From Octopus sinensis (taxonomy: Eukaryota), in assembly GCF_006345805.1 (NCBI RefSeq), contig NC_043006.1, positions 53,382,001-53,446,000 of the forward strand: DNA of 64,000 nt, in the 5' to 3' direction. Positions 24,524-36,822 of the stretch are shown here, one piece after another. The stretch's first letter is position 1; every line of letters begins with the position of its first letter. The notes below the pieces were generated by a model, which did no database searches, had not been told where the DNA came from, and was given only the letters and a program-made list of their open reading frames with translations. The position numbers were made by a program, and so were the translations under genes.

Positions 24524-25777
24524 TGTATGTATGTATGCATGCATGTATGTATGTGTTCGTGTGTATGTATATATGTATGTATGTATGTATGTATATGTGT
24601 TCGTGTGTATGTATGTATATATTTGTGTATGTGTGTACGTAAGCGTATTTGTATATAAATTCATATGTATGTATGTATATGTATATGTATGTATGCGTTT
24701 GTATGTGTGTAAGTATATAATCATTTGTATATAAATAAGTAGGTCGGTTAATGTGTAGTTTGTTGTGTCAGATATGTATGTGATGGCGCGGGAGATAAAT
24801 TACACCTAGTTTTACTCACACACGGTTGTAATATGATTCTCTTAACCGAAGGAAAACCTGACACGAAATACACAAATGAAGGATTCCTTCAACAACAAGA
24901 ACATATACGACGACATCAACAAAAGTATCACCACCGCTAACACCACCACCGCCACCGCCACCAACGTTGACTCCGCCACCCTAACATCAACAACAGCAAC
25001 ATCTACGCCAACGACAAAGAAAGACAACTAATGTATAGCTCTATCACTTAACCACAAAGATATCAAATTCCATCATACTGGCCCGGAAACTGTATTCTCG
25101 ATCATTCAGGCCTCACACAGAAAAAGTAATTTCCTGCCCACCCACCATCATATATAGATAGTCACTCTCTAGGAATTTCTTTTTTTCACTTCTTGTAATA
25201 TAGGAAACCAAATTTCTAGGAGCTTCCTTAGCAAAACACCATAACACCCAAGCACACTAGATTTGTCATTTATTCTCTTTTTGGAATGTAAAATAAGCAT
25301 TGTTGTATTACAACGGCTGACTGGAGAATGTGACGGTTTCTCAGTTCAGATAGTATCACGTTTTATCATCCTGTCAAGACTAAGAGAGATAAATATAGTA
25401 AATAAATAAATGAATGGAAAAAAAAAATATATATATATAAATGAATATTAAAACAAACAGTAATTTTGATTCGTGGTTGTTTTAGTGCTGCTGTATTATT
25501 TTCTTGTTTCAGTTTTTTTAGCGTTCTTTTTTTTTCTTTGTTTTGTGACGAAGATTTTTTTTCTCATACACATAATATAGGAACAGACACGGAAAATATA
25601 CATACCATATACACATACATAGACGGCTGTACACACATTCTTACAAACATACATACATTCATGCATACATACATACACATACACACACATTCTTACAAAC
25701 ATACATACATTCATGCATACATACATACACATACACACACACACAGACACACACACCACACACACATGTGTGTGTGT

Positions 25778-26111
25778 GAAGGCGCATGGCTCAGTGGTTA
25801 GAGCGTAGAGCTTACGATCTTGTGGTTATGAGTTCGATTCCCGGACCGGGCTGTGTTGTGTTCTTGAGCAAGACACTTTATTTCACGTTGCTCCAGTTAA
25901 CTCAGCTGTAGAAGTGAGCTGCGACATCACTGGTGCCAAGTTGTATCGGCCCCTTTGCCTTTTCCTTGGATAACATCAGTGGTGTGCAGTGGGGAGGCTG
26001 GTATGCATGGGCGACTGCTAGCCTTCCACAAATAATCTTGCCCTGACTTGTGCCTGGGAGGGTAACTTTCTAGGTGCAATCCCATGGTCATTCATGACCG
26101 AAGGGGGTCTC
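25778..26111 (+). mobile_element. SINE family B, full length
   Basis: Colinear with 24153-24484. Confidence 0.9.
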
Positions 26112-26805
26112 CTCATATATATATATATATAATACATATATACACACACACAAATACAAATATGCCTATTGTATAGTCTTTTGGGAGACTAACGGATACA
26201 CTGATATCACATAGATAGGGAAAGAGGAAGACATAGTGTGTTTGTGTGTTGTCTATGGGATAGGTCGATCAAGTGTAAAAGGGGGAATAGAGATAGAGTG
26301 TAAGGACATAGTGTGACAGACAAATACGTGGAATGGCAGAGCTCTACTGTGCGATCACTTTGAAATAGCAACCAAATCTCCATCAAATTACCCCCCCCCA
26401 CACACCACACACACACTTATACTCACTCACTTACGTACGCATACACAGACTCACGCATGCCAAAATTATAACCTTAAAGTTGCAGGTTATTGCTACAGTA
26501 AATATACAAAAAAGGACATATCTGTGTGTTAATCCGCCTACACATACACGCTCATACATACATATTCGTTTGCATATGAGACAACAGTCGCCAAAACCTA
26601 CTCAAAGCAATCAATACTCAGTAAAAGTTCAGAAAAATGGTAAAAGGCAGATTCAGACTACATATTTCAATCATATTTCGTCATTGAAACATGTGGAACA
26701 GAACACTACGATTTATAAAACCGCACAAAGTCCTTAACGTAACAGAACACCGATTTCGATATTAATATGATATTCGAGCGAAGCAGACCATACATAACAG
26801 CCCAA

Positions 26806-26882
<77 letters not shown>

Positions 26883-26894
26883 CCTCATTTATGG

Positions 26895-27034
26895 ATTAAC
26901 AAGGCAACCAGTGGTCTCATGTGGAAGAGATCTGTACAATTATTCAAGCGGGCCACTTGAAGACACGGGCAAGTGGTTCTCTTGAATAATTGTGGAGATC
27001 TATTCCACATGGTATCAAAGGTTGCCTTGTTAAT
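26895..27034. repeat. 140-bp imperfect palindrome (foldback)
   Basis: ATTAACAAGGCAACC/GGTTGCCTTGTTAAT, CATGTGGAA/TTCCACATG, ACAATTATTCAAG/CTTGAATAATTGT, CCACTTG/CAAGTGG. Confidence 0.85.
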
Positions 27035-27104
27035 TCAAAAATAAAGAACATTTATCCAACAATGAAGTACTGAGCACTCATTTACGTTATTCGATAGTAG
27101 CGTT

Positions 27105-27149
<45 letters not shown>

Positions 27150-27276
27150 TATATAAATTTTAGATGTTCCTGTATCAATTTCGCCAGTTATATTTTTAAT
27201 TATTTAATCATTCGACGTCCACCCATCAACAGGAATTCATTATGCAGAATTTTAAACGAACTTCGCTCCAAGCAGT

Positions 27277-27365
27277 AAACCCTGAAGAAGGAAATATTAT
27301 TCGATGGAGTTGAATGCGGTCTGTCCCTACAGCCTCTTAATATTTTCTGAAACGGACGTAGGTTT
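27277..27365 (+). ncRNA. Type I hammerhead ribozyme motif with canonical core and long stem II
   Basis: AAACC-CTGAAGA-AGGAAATATTA/38-nt loop/TAATATTTTCT-GAAA-CGGACG-TA-GGTTT; all conserved core positions are present. Confidence 0.8.
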
Positions 27366-27735
27366 TTAACTGATCCTATTTTTAACGAATCTTTACCTTC
27401 ATGATATCTCGTATTACTGAACTCTATTTATTCTCCCTCGAATACATGTATCTACACACGCATACACGGTTTTAATGTTCTTATATCTTAGTTTATGTCT
27501 CATTGTTATTATATTTTTCATTTTCTTTTATTATTTTTATATTTTGAATTTTTAATATAAACACGTATCCCATCCAAGTCTTATAAATCACTGTAAGCAC
27601 GATTTCATTTTCGGATGTAAAGTACTGACACCTGGAATTTTTACGTTCTGCAAAATTTTATTACTCTTTAGCTCATAAACGAGTCCCAAAAAACAATTGT
27701 ACTATACACGGAGTATTGTCTCCGTTAAAAATTAT

Positions 27736-27770
<35 letters not shown>

Positions 27771-27853
27771 CGTCATAAGAATTTATAAAACTTCGAGAGA
27801 ATGTGAAATCTCGAAGCAGAAAAGCTAGAAATAATAGCATAGAAAAAAGGCAA

Positions 27854-27915
27854 TGGTTGCCAGTCGGACTCGAACCCACATATCCTGTACACATGACAGG
27901 CATTCTTCCAATAGT
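27854..27915 (-). ncRNA. 5'-truncated tRNA-Thr(UGU)-like retrocopy / SINE head ending in CCA
   Basis: Anticodon stem CCTGT/ACAGG with TGT at the loop centre; T-arm GGGTTCGAGTCC; ends GGCAACCA; the 5' acceptor strand is replaced by the (TAA)n tract. Confidence 0.45.
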
Positions 27916-27922
27916 CATTTAG

Positions 27923-28060
<138 letters not shown>

Positions 28061-28612
28061 AATGCCCTGATGCAGTACCAGGCAGTGGTTCTCATTGCTT
28101 TTGACCTTAACTGATTGGAAGTGTTATCACGTACATTGTTTTGTCTTGGTATAGAAAATGGGCTACAGCACATATTCTGCTCAACACCACAGATTTGCTT
28201 ATCAGTTGTTTGACCTTAACCAATTGAGTATGTCCCTTGGTGGCTGACGATAGATATGTGCATCTCTGATCACGAGCAGAAACAGTGAGGGAGCATCATA
28301 GCCAAGTGTTGAGAGAAATTCTTTGGCATTTGAATAATTCACCTCTGGAAACATAGATGTTTTGTTCATCAATCTTAAAACAAACCTTATTCAGGGACCT
28401 TTTGAGTGGGATGGGCTAGGTGAACTGTTCTAACTGGGCCTCACCTGAAAGGACCACGCGTTGTTCATCTTGATATGAGATCACCATGTCGTGCACATAT
28501 GGTTGTGATGCATGTGCCTGGTGTACCCTCATCGGATGAATAGATATGATAGTTATACTAGGCTTCGTATATTTTACCCGTGTCACTTTGATGGCATGCC
28601 CTGCTCTCTCAC

Positions 28613-28614
<2 letters not shown>
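28061..28614 (+). mobile_element. Unclassified ~555-bp interspersed repeat in (AAT)n, copy 1
   Basis: Colinear with 28652-29202 end to end (CCCTGATGCAGTACCAG..GGCAT.C.CTGCTCT.TCA.T); partial copy at about 39390-39510. Confidence 0.75.
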
Positions 28615-28651
<37 letters not shown>

Positions 28652-28654
<3 letters not shown>

Positions 28655-29202
28655 TCCCTGATGCAGTACCAGACAGTGGGTCTCATAGCTCCTGATCTTT
28701 ACCAATTGGAAGTGTTATCATGTACATTGTTTTGTCTTGGTATAAAAGATGGGCTACAACAAATATTCTGCTCAATACCATAGATTTGCTTGTCAGTTGT
28801 TTGACCTTGACCAGTTCGGCATGTCTCATTGTGTCTGACGATATGTGCATCTCTGATAATGAGCAGAAGCAGAGAGGGAACATCATAGCCATGTGTTGAA
28901 AGGAATTCTTTAGGGTTTGAATAGTTCACCTCTGGAAAATTGGGTGTTTCGTACATCTTTAAAGTATTTTTCAGGGACCTTTTGAGCGGGATGGGCTACA
29001 CGACCTAAAAAAAATTCTAACTGGGCTCCACCTGCAAGGTCATGTGCTGTTTATCTTGATATGAGATCACCATGTCGCGCACATATGGTTGTGATGCATA
29101 TGCTTGGTGTACCCTTATCAGACGAGTAGTCATGATGGGTATACTGGGCTTCGTATATTTTACCCCAGTGTCACTTGGATGGCATACACTGCTCTTTCAT
29201 TC
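28652..29202 (+). mobile_element. Unclassified ~555-bp interspersed repeat in (AAT)n, copy 2
   Basis: Same termini as copy 1, with scattered substitutions and small indels. Confidence 0.75.
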
Positions 29203-29244
<42 letters not shown>

Positions 29245-29849
29245 TAATAATAATAATCGGTTAATAATATAAAGCAGAATATGTAGCAGTAGCCTTGAGT
29301 GTTTGGGAACCGCTAATTAAGATAACAATAACAGTCTGATAATATCCGTGATTATAATAAATTGCTTCCTCGATATAGATGTGTGTGCATCTTATTCTGT
29401 AATCTAGTTGATAAAATGTACATAAATCAAGGAAGAAAACTGAGCCCGCACACACACGCCCGTGTGCAGACCCAAGGCAATATAAATTGATTAATACTGT
29501 AGAATAATATAAGTATTTGGCTTTATCGTACAAATACGCTCAAGCAGAGAGGTTATATATTTTCTGTGTTTCTTTATCAGTCAATAATATCCAAGAATAA
29601 ATTCTCTGATGTTTTACGTTTGATAAATGCGAGTAAAATTACATGCACACAGTAGCGGATCCAAAATAATAAATTCTTTATATAAATGTATCTCTATCCT
29701 TCTTTCTAAAATGTCTGGCGTTATAGCCTCTTTTGACAGAACAAATGATTCATAGAACTAATGTTACACAATTGGACAATGTTGGATCTCATCCACCTCC
29801 TTTGGTTAAATAGTCTATGTACACACACACACCACACACACACACACAC

Positions 29850-29958
<109 letters not shown>

Positions 29959-30154
29959 CGTAAACGTAGAACGATGAAATGCGTGCTCAACACAGCATTG
30001 GTGGATAAATAATTTATTTATTTATGAATTAAGGCTACCATTGGTTTCATATAAAGAAGGGCAGGAAAACATCCAAGTATCTTAACAATTCTTCAAGCCG
30101 GTCACATGGAGAAAGGCGTTCGCCTCCATTTTGGAAAACAATACATATATATAT

Positions 30155-30414
30155 GTAGTGGAGTTGCTGAGCACTCCACCTTCCTTAAAGTAGTTCTCGG
30201 GGTGACTCAGCGTGACACAGTGTTGTACCTGTACAATAGAAAGTTGCGGTGAAAGAGTACAGCAGAGTTCGCCCCCACCTCCTGCCGGAGCGTCGTGGAG
30301 GTTTAGGTGTTTTCGCTCAATAAACACTCACAACACCTTGTCTGGGAATCGAAACCACGATCCTACGACCGCGTGTCCGCTGCTTTAACCACTGAGCCAT
30401 TCCATTGCGCCTTC
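30155..30414 (-). mobile_element. SINE family C (tRNA-Arg-like head)
   Basis: GAAGGCGCAATGG..CAGTGGTTAAAGCAGCGGAC.CGCGGTC..GGTTTCGATTCCCAGAC; homologous to 48269-48470. Confidence 0.8.
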
Positions 30415-30426
30415 ACACACACACGC

Positions 30427-30510
<84 letters not shown>

Positions 30511-30527
30511 TGTGTGTGTGGTGTGTG

Positions 30528-30560
<33 letters not shown>

Positions 30561-30636
30561 CCGGAATGAATGATCTGATAGTGGACATTTAGCTATAAAT
30601 GTGCAAGGAAATATATATACATGTATTTATATATAC

Positions 30637-30676
<40 letters not shown>

Positions 30677-30685
30677 ATAAATAAT

Positions 30686-30755
<70 letters not shown>

Positions 30756-30971
30756 TATATATGGGGGGTGTATGCATATAAATAAATAAATATATACATA
30801 TATAGAAGATATATTTAGATATATATAATTGATAGTGCTCTGTTCAACATTTAAACACGCTAATCTAATTGTACGTATTTGTCTAAATTTTCTGTTGTAA
30901 ATGTCAGGTTGTTACGTGCTTTTAGACATTCTTTTTTTAAAAACATAGCTTTGTGTCTATAATAATAATAA

Positions 30972-31182
30972 TCCTTTCCACTATAGGTACAAGGTCTGAA
31001 ATTTTAGGCAAGAGGATAGACGAAGTGATCGATCTCAGTGCAAAATTGGTACTTATTTCATCGAACCCGAAAGGATGAAAGGTAAAGTCGACCTCGGCGG
31101 AATTTGAACTCAGGACGTAAAGATGGACAAAATGCCACTAAGCATTTTGCCTGGCGTGCTAATGATTCTGCCGGTGTGCCGC
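30972..31182 (-). mobile_element. SINE family D (Deu/Nin-domain-like), near full length
   Basis: Minus strand GGCGGC..GGCAGAATC.TTAGCACGCC..CTGAGTTCAAATTCCGCCGAGGTCGACTTTACCTTTCATCCTTTCGGG.TCGAT.AAATAAGTACC. Domain name is from memory. Confidence 0.8.
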
Positions 31183-31188
31183 CTGAAT

Positions 31189-31258
<70 letters not shown>

Positions 31259-31529
31259 GAAAACATAGGTGGGACTGGCTGAAGAAAGGAGCACTCAAAA
31301 ACAGAGTGCAGATACCACATTGGCAGCGCAAGATCCAGCTTTGGCCACAAATTGAAGGGTCAGCCTAAGGAATGAGCAAATGTCTCCACTGTGTCGCATC
31401 TGTAATAGAGTGTACGAAACCATTGCACACATCGCAAGTGAACGCCTTAGACTTGTCCAAAACCACAAATTGTGGTGACACGTTGAGATAGCAAAAGCTA
31501 CATTGGAAACTGTGCGGAAAGTGCTGTCT

Positions 31530-31562
<33 letters not shown>

Positions 31563-32066
31563 AGAGGAAGTATGAGCACAAACCGCAGTGAGTGGCAGAG
31601 TTGGAGACCAGCAAAATCCTGTGGGATTTTCCAATCCAATCACATCAGGTGCTAGAGTATAACAGACCGGAGCTAATGGTGGTGGACATGATACACCACA
31701 TGTGCTATATAATTGATGTTGCGTGCTGTTTTACCCACGGATAGTCAAAAGGAAAGCAAAAAATAGATATATATAAAATGCTTTCAAGTACGAAATAGCC
31801 TAGCTATGGAAAATTAAGAAGGTGACGATAGTACCAATTATTGTTGGGTCCATGAAAACAGTATCAGAAGGCATCAAGAGGAATACAAAGGAAATCGGAA
31901 TGGAGAGATTAATAGAACTGTTAGAAAAGTATTGCCTCCTTGGCATGGCCACAACAATCAGAAAAGTATTAGATAATTGAGAAGAACAGATAGCACGGTA
32001 CCGTAGGATGCAGGCAGCAAACCCGCTACGCATGCAAGACTCCAGGAGTTCCAACAAAACCTGAGT
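31259..32066 (+). pseudogene. R4/Dong-like RLE retrotransposon 3' fragment 1 (CCHC knuckle + endonuclease + 3' UTR)
   Basis: WDWLKKG..LAAQD..PLCRICN..ETIAHIASE, KILWDFPIQ..NRPE..IIDVAC, IVPIIVG..LLG..IRKVL; flanked by (TAA)n. Confidence 0.8.
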
Positions 32067-32091
32067 TAATAATAATAACAACAACAATAGC

Positions 32092-32133
<42 letters not shown>

Positions 32134-32137
32134 AATA

Positions 32138-32180
<43 letters not shown>

Positions 32181-32183
<3 letters not shown>

Positions 32184-32670
32184 GGTCACAGAAAACGAGA
32201 AAGCAACTATACTTTGGGATATGCCAATACACACAGATAGAGAAATTAAGGCCAATAGGTCAGATATAGTTGTCAGAGATCATGAAAGGAAAAAATGCTT
32301 TCTAATTGATGTATCAATACCAGCAGATGACAACATTTCTCTAAAAGAAATGGAGAAACTTTCAAAATACAAAGACCTGGAAATAGAGGTAACTCGAATG
32401 TGGAATCTAAAAACAAAAACAATTCCTATCATAGTAGGCGCATTAGATATGATAAAAAGATATTCAAACAAATATATAACAAAAACAACAGGACTTACAA
32501 AATATATATAACATACAGAAAATTGCACTACTGGGCACTGCACACATCCTACGCAAAACACTTTCAATACAGTAAGCATAAGAGCATCACAACCAACCAG
32601 AGCACATACTCAAGGCACACAGAGCTGCGCTCGGTAGTGAAGTGAAAGCACGTGATAAAAATAAGACTAC
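32181..32670 (+). pseudogene. R4/Dong-like RLE retrotransposon 3' fragment 2
   Basis: ENEKATILWDMPIHTDREIKANRSDIVVRD..CFLIDVSIPADDNISLKEMEKLSKYKDLEIE..PIIVGAL..IQKIALLGTAHILRK (PD..D..K-type endonuclease region). Confidence 0.9.
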
Positions 32671-32699
32671 TGAATGATAACGATAATATCATAATGAAC

Positions 32700-33154
32700 A
32701 TGAGTTACAAGCTGTGAAGGCGAATGATAATTACAGGTTTTTATAACATTTCCCCATGAGACTGACCATTCAATTGAAGTAAGGATACTAAATACGACTG
32801 TAGAGGCATAAAACTAACAAGTGTAAGATCTTAGTTTTTGCAATTCCATACCATAATTGAGTGGATATACAAGACATTGAGAAAACTAAGAAATTTGAGG
32901 ACCTAGTCAGAAAGATGAAGAGATTGCGGAAGCCGAAGATGATAATTGTTCATGTGGTAATTAGTGCACTTGGCAGAGACACCAAAACTACTAACTAAGA
33001 GGCTGAAAAATATTGGAATTGAGACACGTATTGTTGACCTGTAAAAGAGTACCATCCTGTTTGCTGCAAGAATCCTGTGAAAGATTGTTTTTGAGACTCG
33101 TCGTCACCAAACTTCAAAACAACATCCCTTCTAACTAAAGTAACATTCAATAGC

Positions 33155-33155
<1 letters not shown>
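32700..33155 (+). pseudogene. R4/Dong-like RLE retrotransposon 3' fragment 3 (old)
   Basis: EKTKKFEDLVRKMKRLRK..IVHVVISALG..TILFAARIL; followed by (TAA)n. Confidence 0.65.
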
Positions 33156-33210
<55 letters not shown>

Positions 33211-33211
33211 A

Positions 33212-33246
<35 letters not shown>

Positions 33247-33405
33247 AACAATGACCACAACAACAATAATATCAATAATAATAACAACAACAACAGCAAC
33301 AACAATGTATTGGTCACATGGGTTGAAAAGACTACTTATTGATCAGACCTCCTCGTATAGAATTATATATATATATATATATGATATATTATATATATAT
33401 ATATA

Positions 33406-36400
33406 TATATTACGGATCTCTTGGAGAAAACGAACCAATTTGTGCGTAAAATGCGGTGGAAAGCTTTCTTTTTCGACAAGGAGCGTAAACCTAACGACAA
33501 ACCTGAACATAGTGACCTACTAAAAAAAGTGTTCAAATCTAGAAGGAACCCACCGACAAACCAATATCTAACCAGATTTGAAGAAGAATTATATAGTATT
33601 GTCAATAACGTGAAGTTCAGGAAGTACCCTGGACGGTGTAATATACATCAGCAGAAAATCAGAAAATTACTTGTCGACTTCAAGAAAGCTCCGGGGATAT
33701 TTGTACCAGCGGACAAAACAAGTTGATATTGATCTATATAAGTCTATGACTAGGAAGGAATTATGGAGCAAATATAGACATGCTAGTAATGACGTATTAA
33801 AGAGATTCAACAATACAGGGCTACAAATCGTCAAAGATCTAGTCATTGATGATAGAACAGAACCCTACATCCCCCGAAAACCCCGGATTTTGTTTAAGGA
33901 CCATAAACCTAACTTTCTTATCGACTCCTCAGTTAGATTGATTTGTCCATCTAAATCCGATATAGGCATTATTAGTAAAAGTATCATTGACAGGGTAATA
34001 CTCGTCCTTAAGTCTAAAATTAGATTAGCCCTCTGGTCTGATACCCAAGAGGTGGTTCGATGGTTCAAGCTTCTTGAAATTAATAAAACTTGTAAATTCT
34101 TGCAAATTGATATAGAGAGCTACTATGCCACTATCAACCCAATCGTTCTCAATCAAGCCCTGATTTTTAGCATGAAAAATTCAGATTTGTCCCGACGCGA
34201 AATAGATATTATTCGCTGCGCGAGCCACTTTAGTAGATTTTGATGGTAAATTATGGAGTAGGTTAGATAGGGAAAATGAATTTGATACAGCAATGGGCTC
34301 ACACGATTCTGCTCAGGTCAGTGACCTAGTCGGAATATATATCCTTCCATTAATCCAGTCTTCCTTTCCTGAATTAACAGGGAGTCTATATATAGGGATG
34401 ACACCTTACATTTTCTAGATAGAAGTAGTAAAATACAGTTAGAAAGGCAAAGGAAAACTTTCTTTAGACTTTTCGAAAATTTAGGACTAAATATTACTAT
34501 AGGTAAAGATTATCGTAGAGTGAACTTTCTTGACACTACCTTCTGTCTTGATTCTAGATTATTTGAACCATTTCATAAACCGAATGATCATATTAAGTAC
34601 ATTAACGTAGAATCTAACCATCCACCCTCGATTATACGGGAACTAGTTAAGAATATTTCTACTAGGCTTTCTAGATTATCTGCTACCAGTAAAATTTTCG
34701 AATCTCATGCATCTTATAATGATGCTCTAGCTAAGACTGGGTACCATGATAGAATTCAATATATACAAGATGCAGGCTTAAGCAACACTGGTAATTACTT
34801 CAACTGCGATACACATCGTATGCCACCACAACGTTACCGTTTGAGAAATCACTCGGATAAAGAATACGGCTCGAAGATATTGGTCATACTCTTTTACTCT
34901 TTTACTTGTTTCAGTCATTGACTGCGGCAATGCTGGAGCACAGCCTTTAGTCGAGCAACTCGACCCCGGGACTTATTCTTTTTGTAAGCCCAGTAGTAAT
35001 ATTCTATCGGTCTCCTTTTTGCCGACCGCTAAGTGACGGTGACGTAAACACACCCGCATCGTTGTCAAGCAATGCTAGTGGGAACAAACACAGACACACA
35101 AACACACACCATACATATATATATACAAATATATACGACAGGCTTCTTTCAGTTTCCGTCTACCAAATCAACTCACAAGGCATTGGTCGGCCCGAGGCTA
35201 TAGCAGAAGACACGGCCAAAGAGCCACGCAGGGGACTGAACTCGGAACCATGTGGTTGGTTAGCAAGCTAATTACCACCACAGCCACTCCTGCGCCTGTA
35301 ATGATCTACCAAAGAAAACTCATAGACACATGTGACATAATAATTCAACTGCTTGTTCCAATCCTGTACAACACACTCGATCAAATAAGCCTAACAACAG
35401 TTATAGGAGTCAGGATGTCCTCTGGTTCAACCTGATTTTCAATTTGCATGTTTCAACTAAGATTGCTGGAAAATTTTTTTGCTGCTTTAGACAAGTGTTT
35501 TCCTAAATCCAATCGGTACCATGCTATTTTAATCACCACACCGTGAAGGTATCCTACGCTAGCTCTGCTAATTTGGAGCAGCTTATGCATCGCATAAACA
35601 ATAGCAAAATGCGACAACGGTTCAATAACCCACCTATTGGATCTAGCAAACATTTACATCTAAATGCCAACCAAAGAGATGTAAACAGCATTTATAATCA
35701 TCAACTTCGACCAATTTGTAGTAGTAGAAATACTCATGGTACAGCTAGCACGATAACAACGCCAGTAAATGAAGTCAGGACTGCTTTATGTACATATAAA
35801 AATGATAAATGCTCATGCAGGGATAAATCAAAATGTCCTTTGATTAATCTCTGTATGAGCACAAATCTTGTATATAAATGTACCGTGCACACAAGGGGAG
35901 GGCCCTATGTTTACATTGGGCAGACGGCTGATTCATTTAAGTATCATTATCGTAATCATGTTGCCAGCTTTAGGTCAATCAATAAGAGACATTCGACATC
36001 TTTGGCAGATTGTATATGGCGACTGAAGGAGGCAAATACGAAATACTACATTACTTGGTCCATAGTTAGATATGAAAAACCATTCAGTGCAATTTCCAGG
36101 AGATGCTGTCTCTGCTCCGAGGAATCCCTGTCTATTCTGTGGACTAACGAAAAGATACTTAATAGAATTTCTGAAAGAATATCGAGATGCCTACACGCAT
36201 ATACTTTCGCACAATGCAGTGAGAATAAATTTTGAGTAACCGTTAACTTAGTGTAATTTTATTTTATTTTACTTTAAGGTATGGATGACTTAAATTTATT
36301 TTAAACTTCCCCGTTCTTCTGAACACCTACTAAATATCTAACTCGCTTTGTAATTATGAGTGCGCCTAACCTCGCGTGTGCATATGCTCACATTTTTGCT

Positions 36401-36775
36401 AACGCTTGTATGAGCGTGTGTACTCGTGCCATGCTGCTTGCCTGAGGGCGTTTATACATCCATATCGGTTAACGGTTATTTTCAATACTTTTCTCGCTGG
36501 ATTAAGTGTTCGTTTCTCTTTTTGTCTTCTGCAATTTTTCCTCCGTATGGCTGTTTTTCCCTCTACAAAACGGAAAGGTGCATTATGGAACAGTCATTTT
36601 AACGAGACTTTTTATATATTTATCACCCGACGAGATATCTCTGCACCACTGGATACTCTTGAACCAGTTTTTGCGTGTCCCACAAGAGGAGTCGATGCTA
36701 GATATGTCGAAACAATTGTTGTGATTAATAATATATTCTCGTATATTCCATCTTTTGTCTTTCAGCATTGGTTTA
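33406..36775 (+). pseudogene. Degenerate Penelope-like retroelement (RT + C-terminal GIY-YIG), probably Hydra clade
   Basis: RMRWKAFFF, PADKT, FLQIDIESYYATI, FDTAMGSHDSAQVSDLVG, YRDD, VNFLD, SNHPPSII, WFNP, KVSY, CSCRDKSKC, NLVYKC..VYIGQT, CCLCSEE..LNR.SE.ISRCLH. Several frameshifts and stops; interrupted by a SINE at 34887-35300; bounded by (TA)n. Confidence 0.9.
34887..35300 (-). mobile_element. SINE family A, full length, nested in the Penelope-like element
   Basis: Complete head and tail; splits the RT thumb from the linker/endonuclease region. Confidence 0.9.
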
Positions 36776-36822
36776 TATATAATATATATATATTATATAT
36801 ATTATATATGTATATATATATA

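Noticed and set aside
28061-29202. CRISPR-like or LTR-pair interpretation of the repeated 555-bp unit
   Set aside because: No short-repeat/unique-spacer pattern; only a microsatellite lies between the units, with no PBS, PPT or TG..CA ends.
36675-36725. Hammerhead in the 3' region of the large Penelope-like element
   Set aside because: GAAACAATTGT and CAC/GTG are suggestive, but the core reads AAGAGGA and stem II does not pair; too degraded to call.
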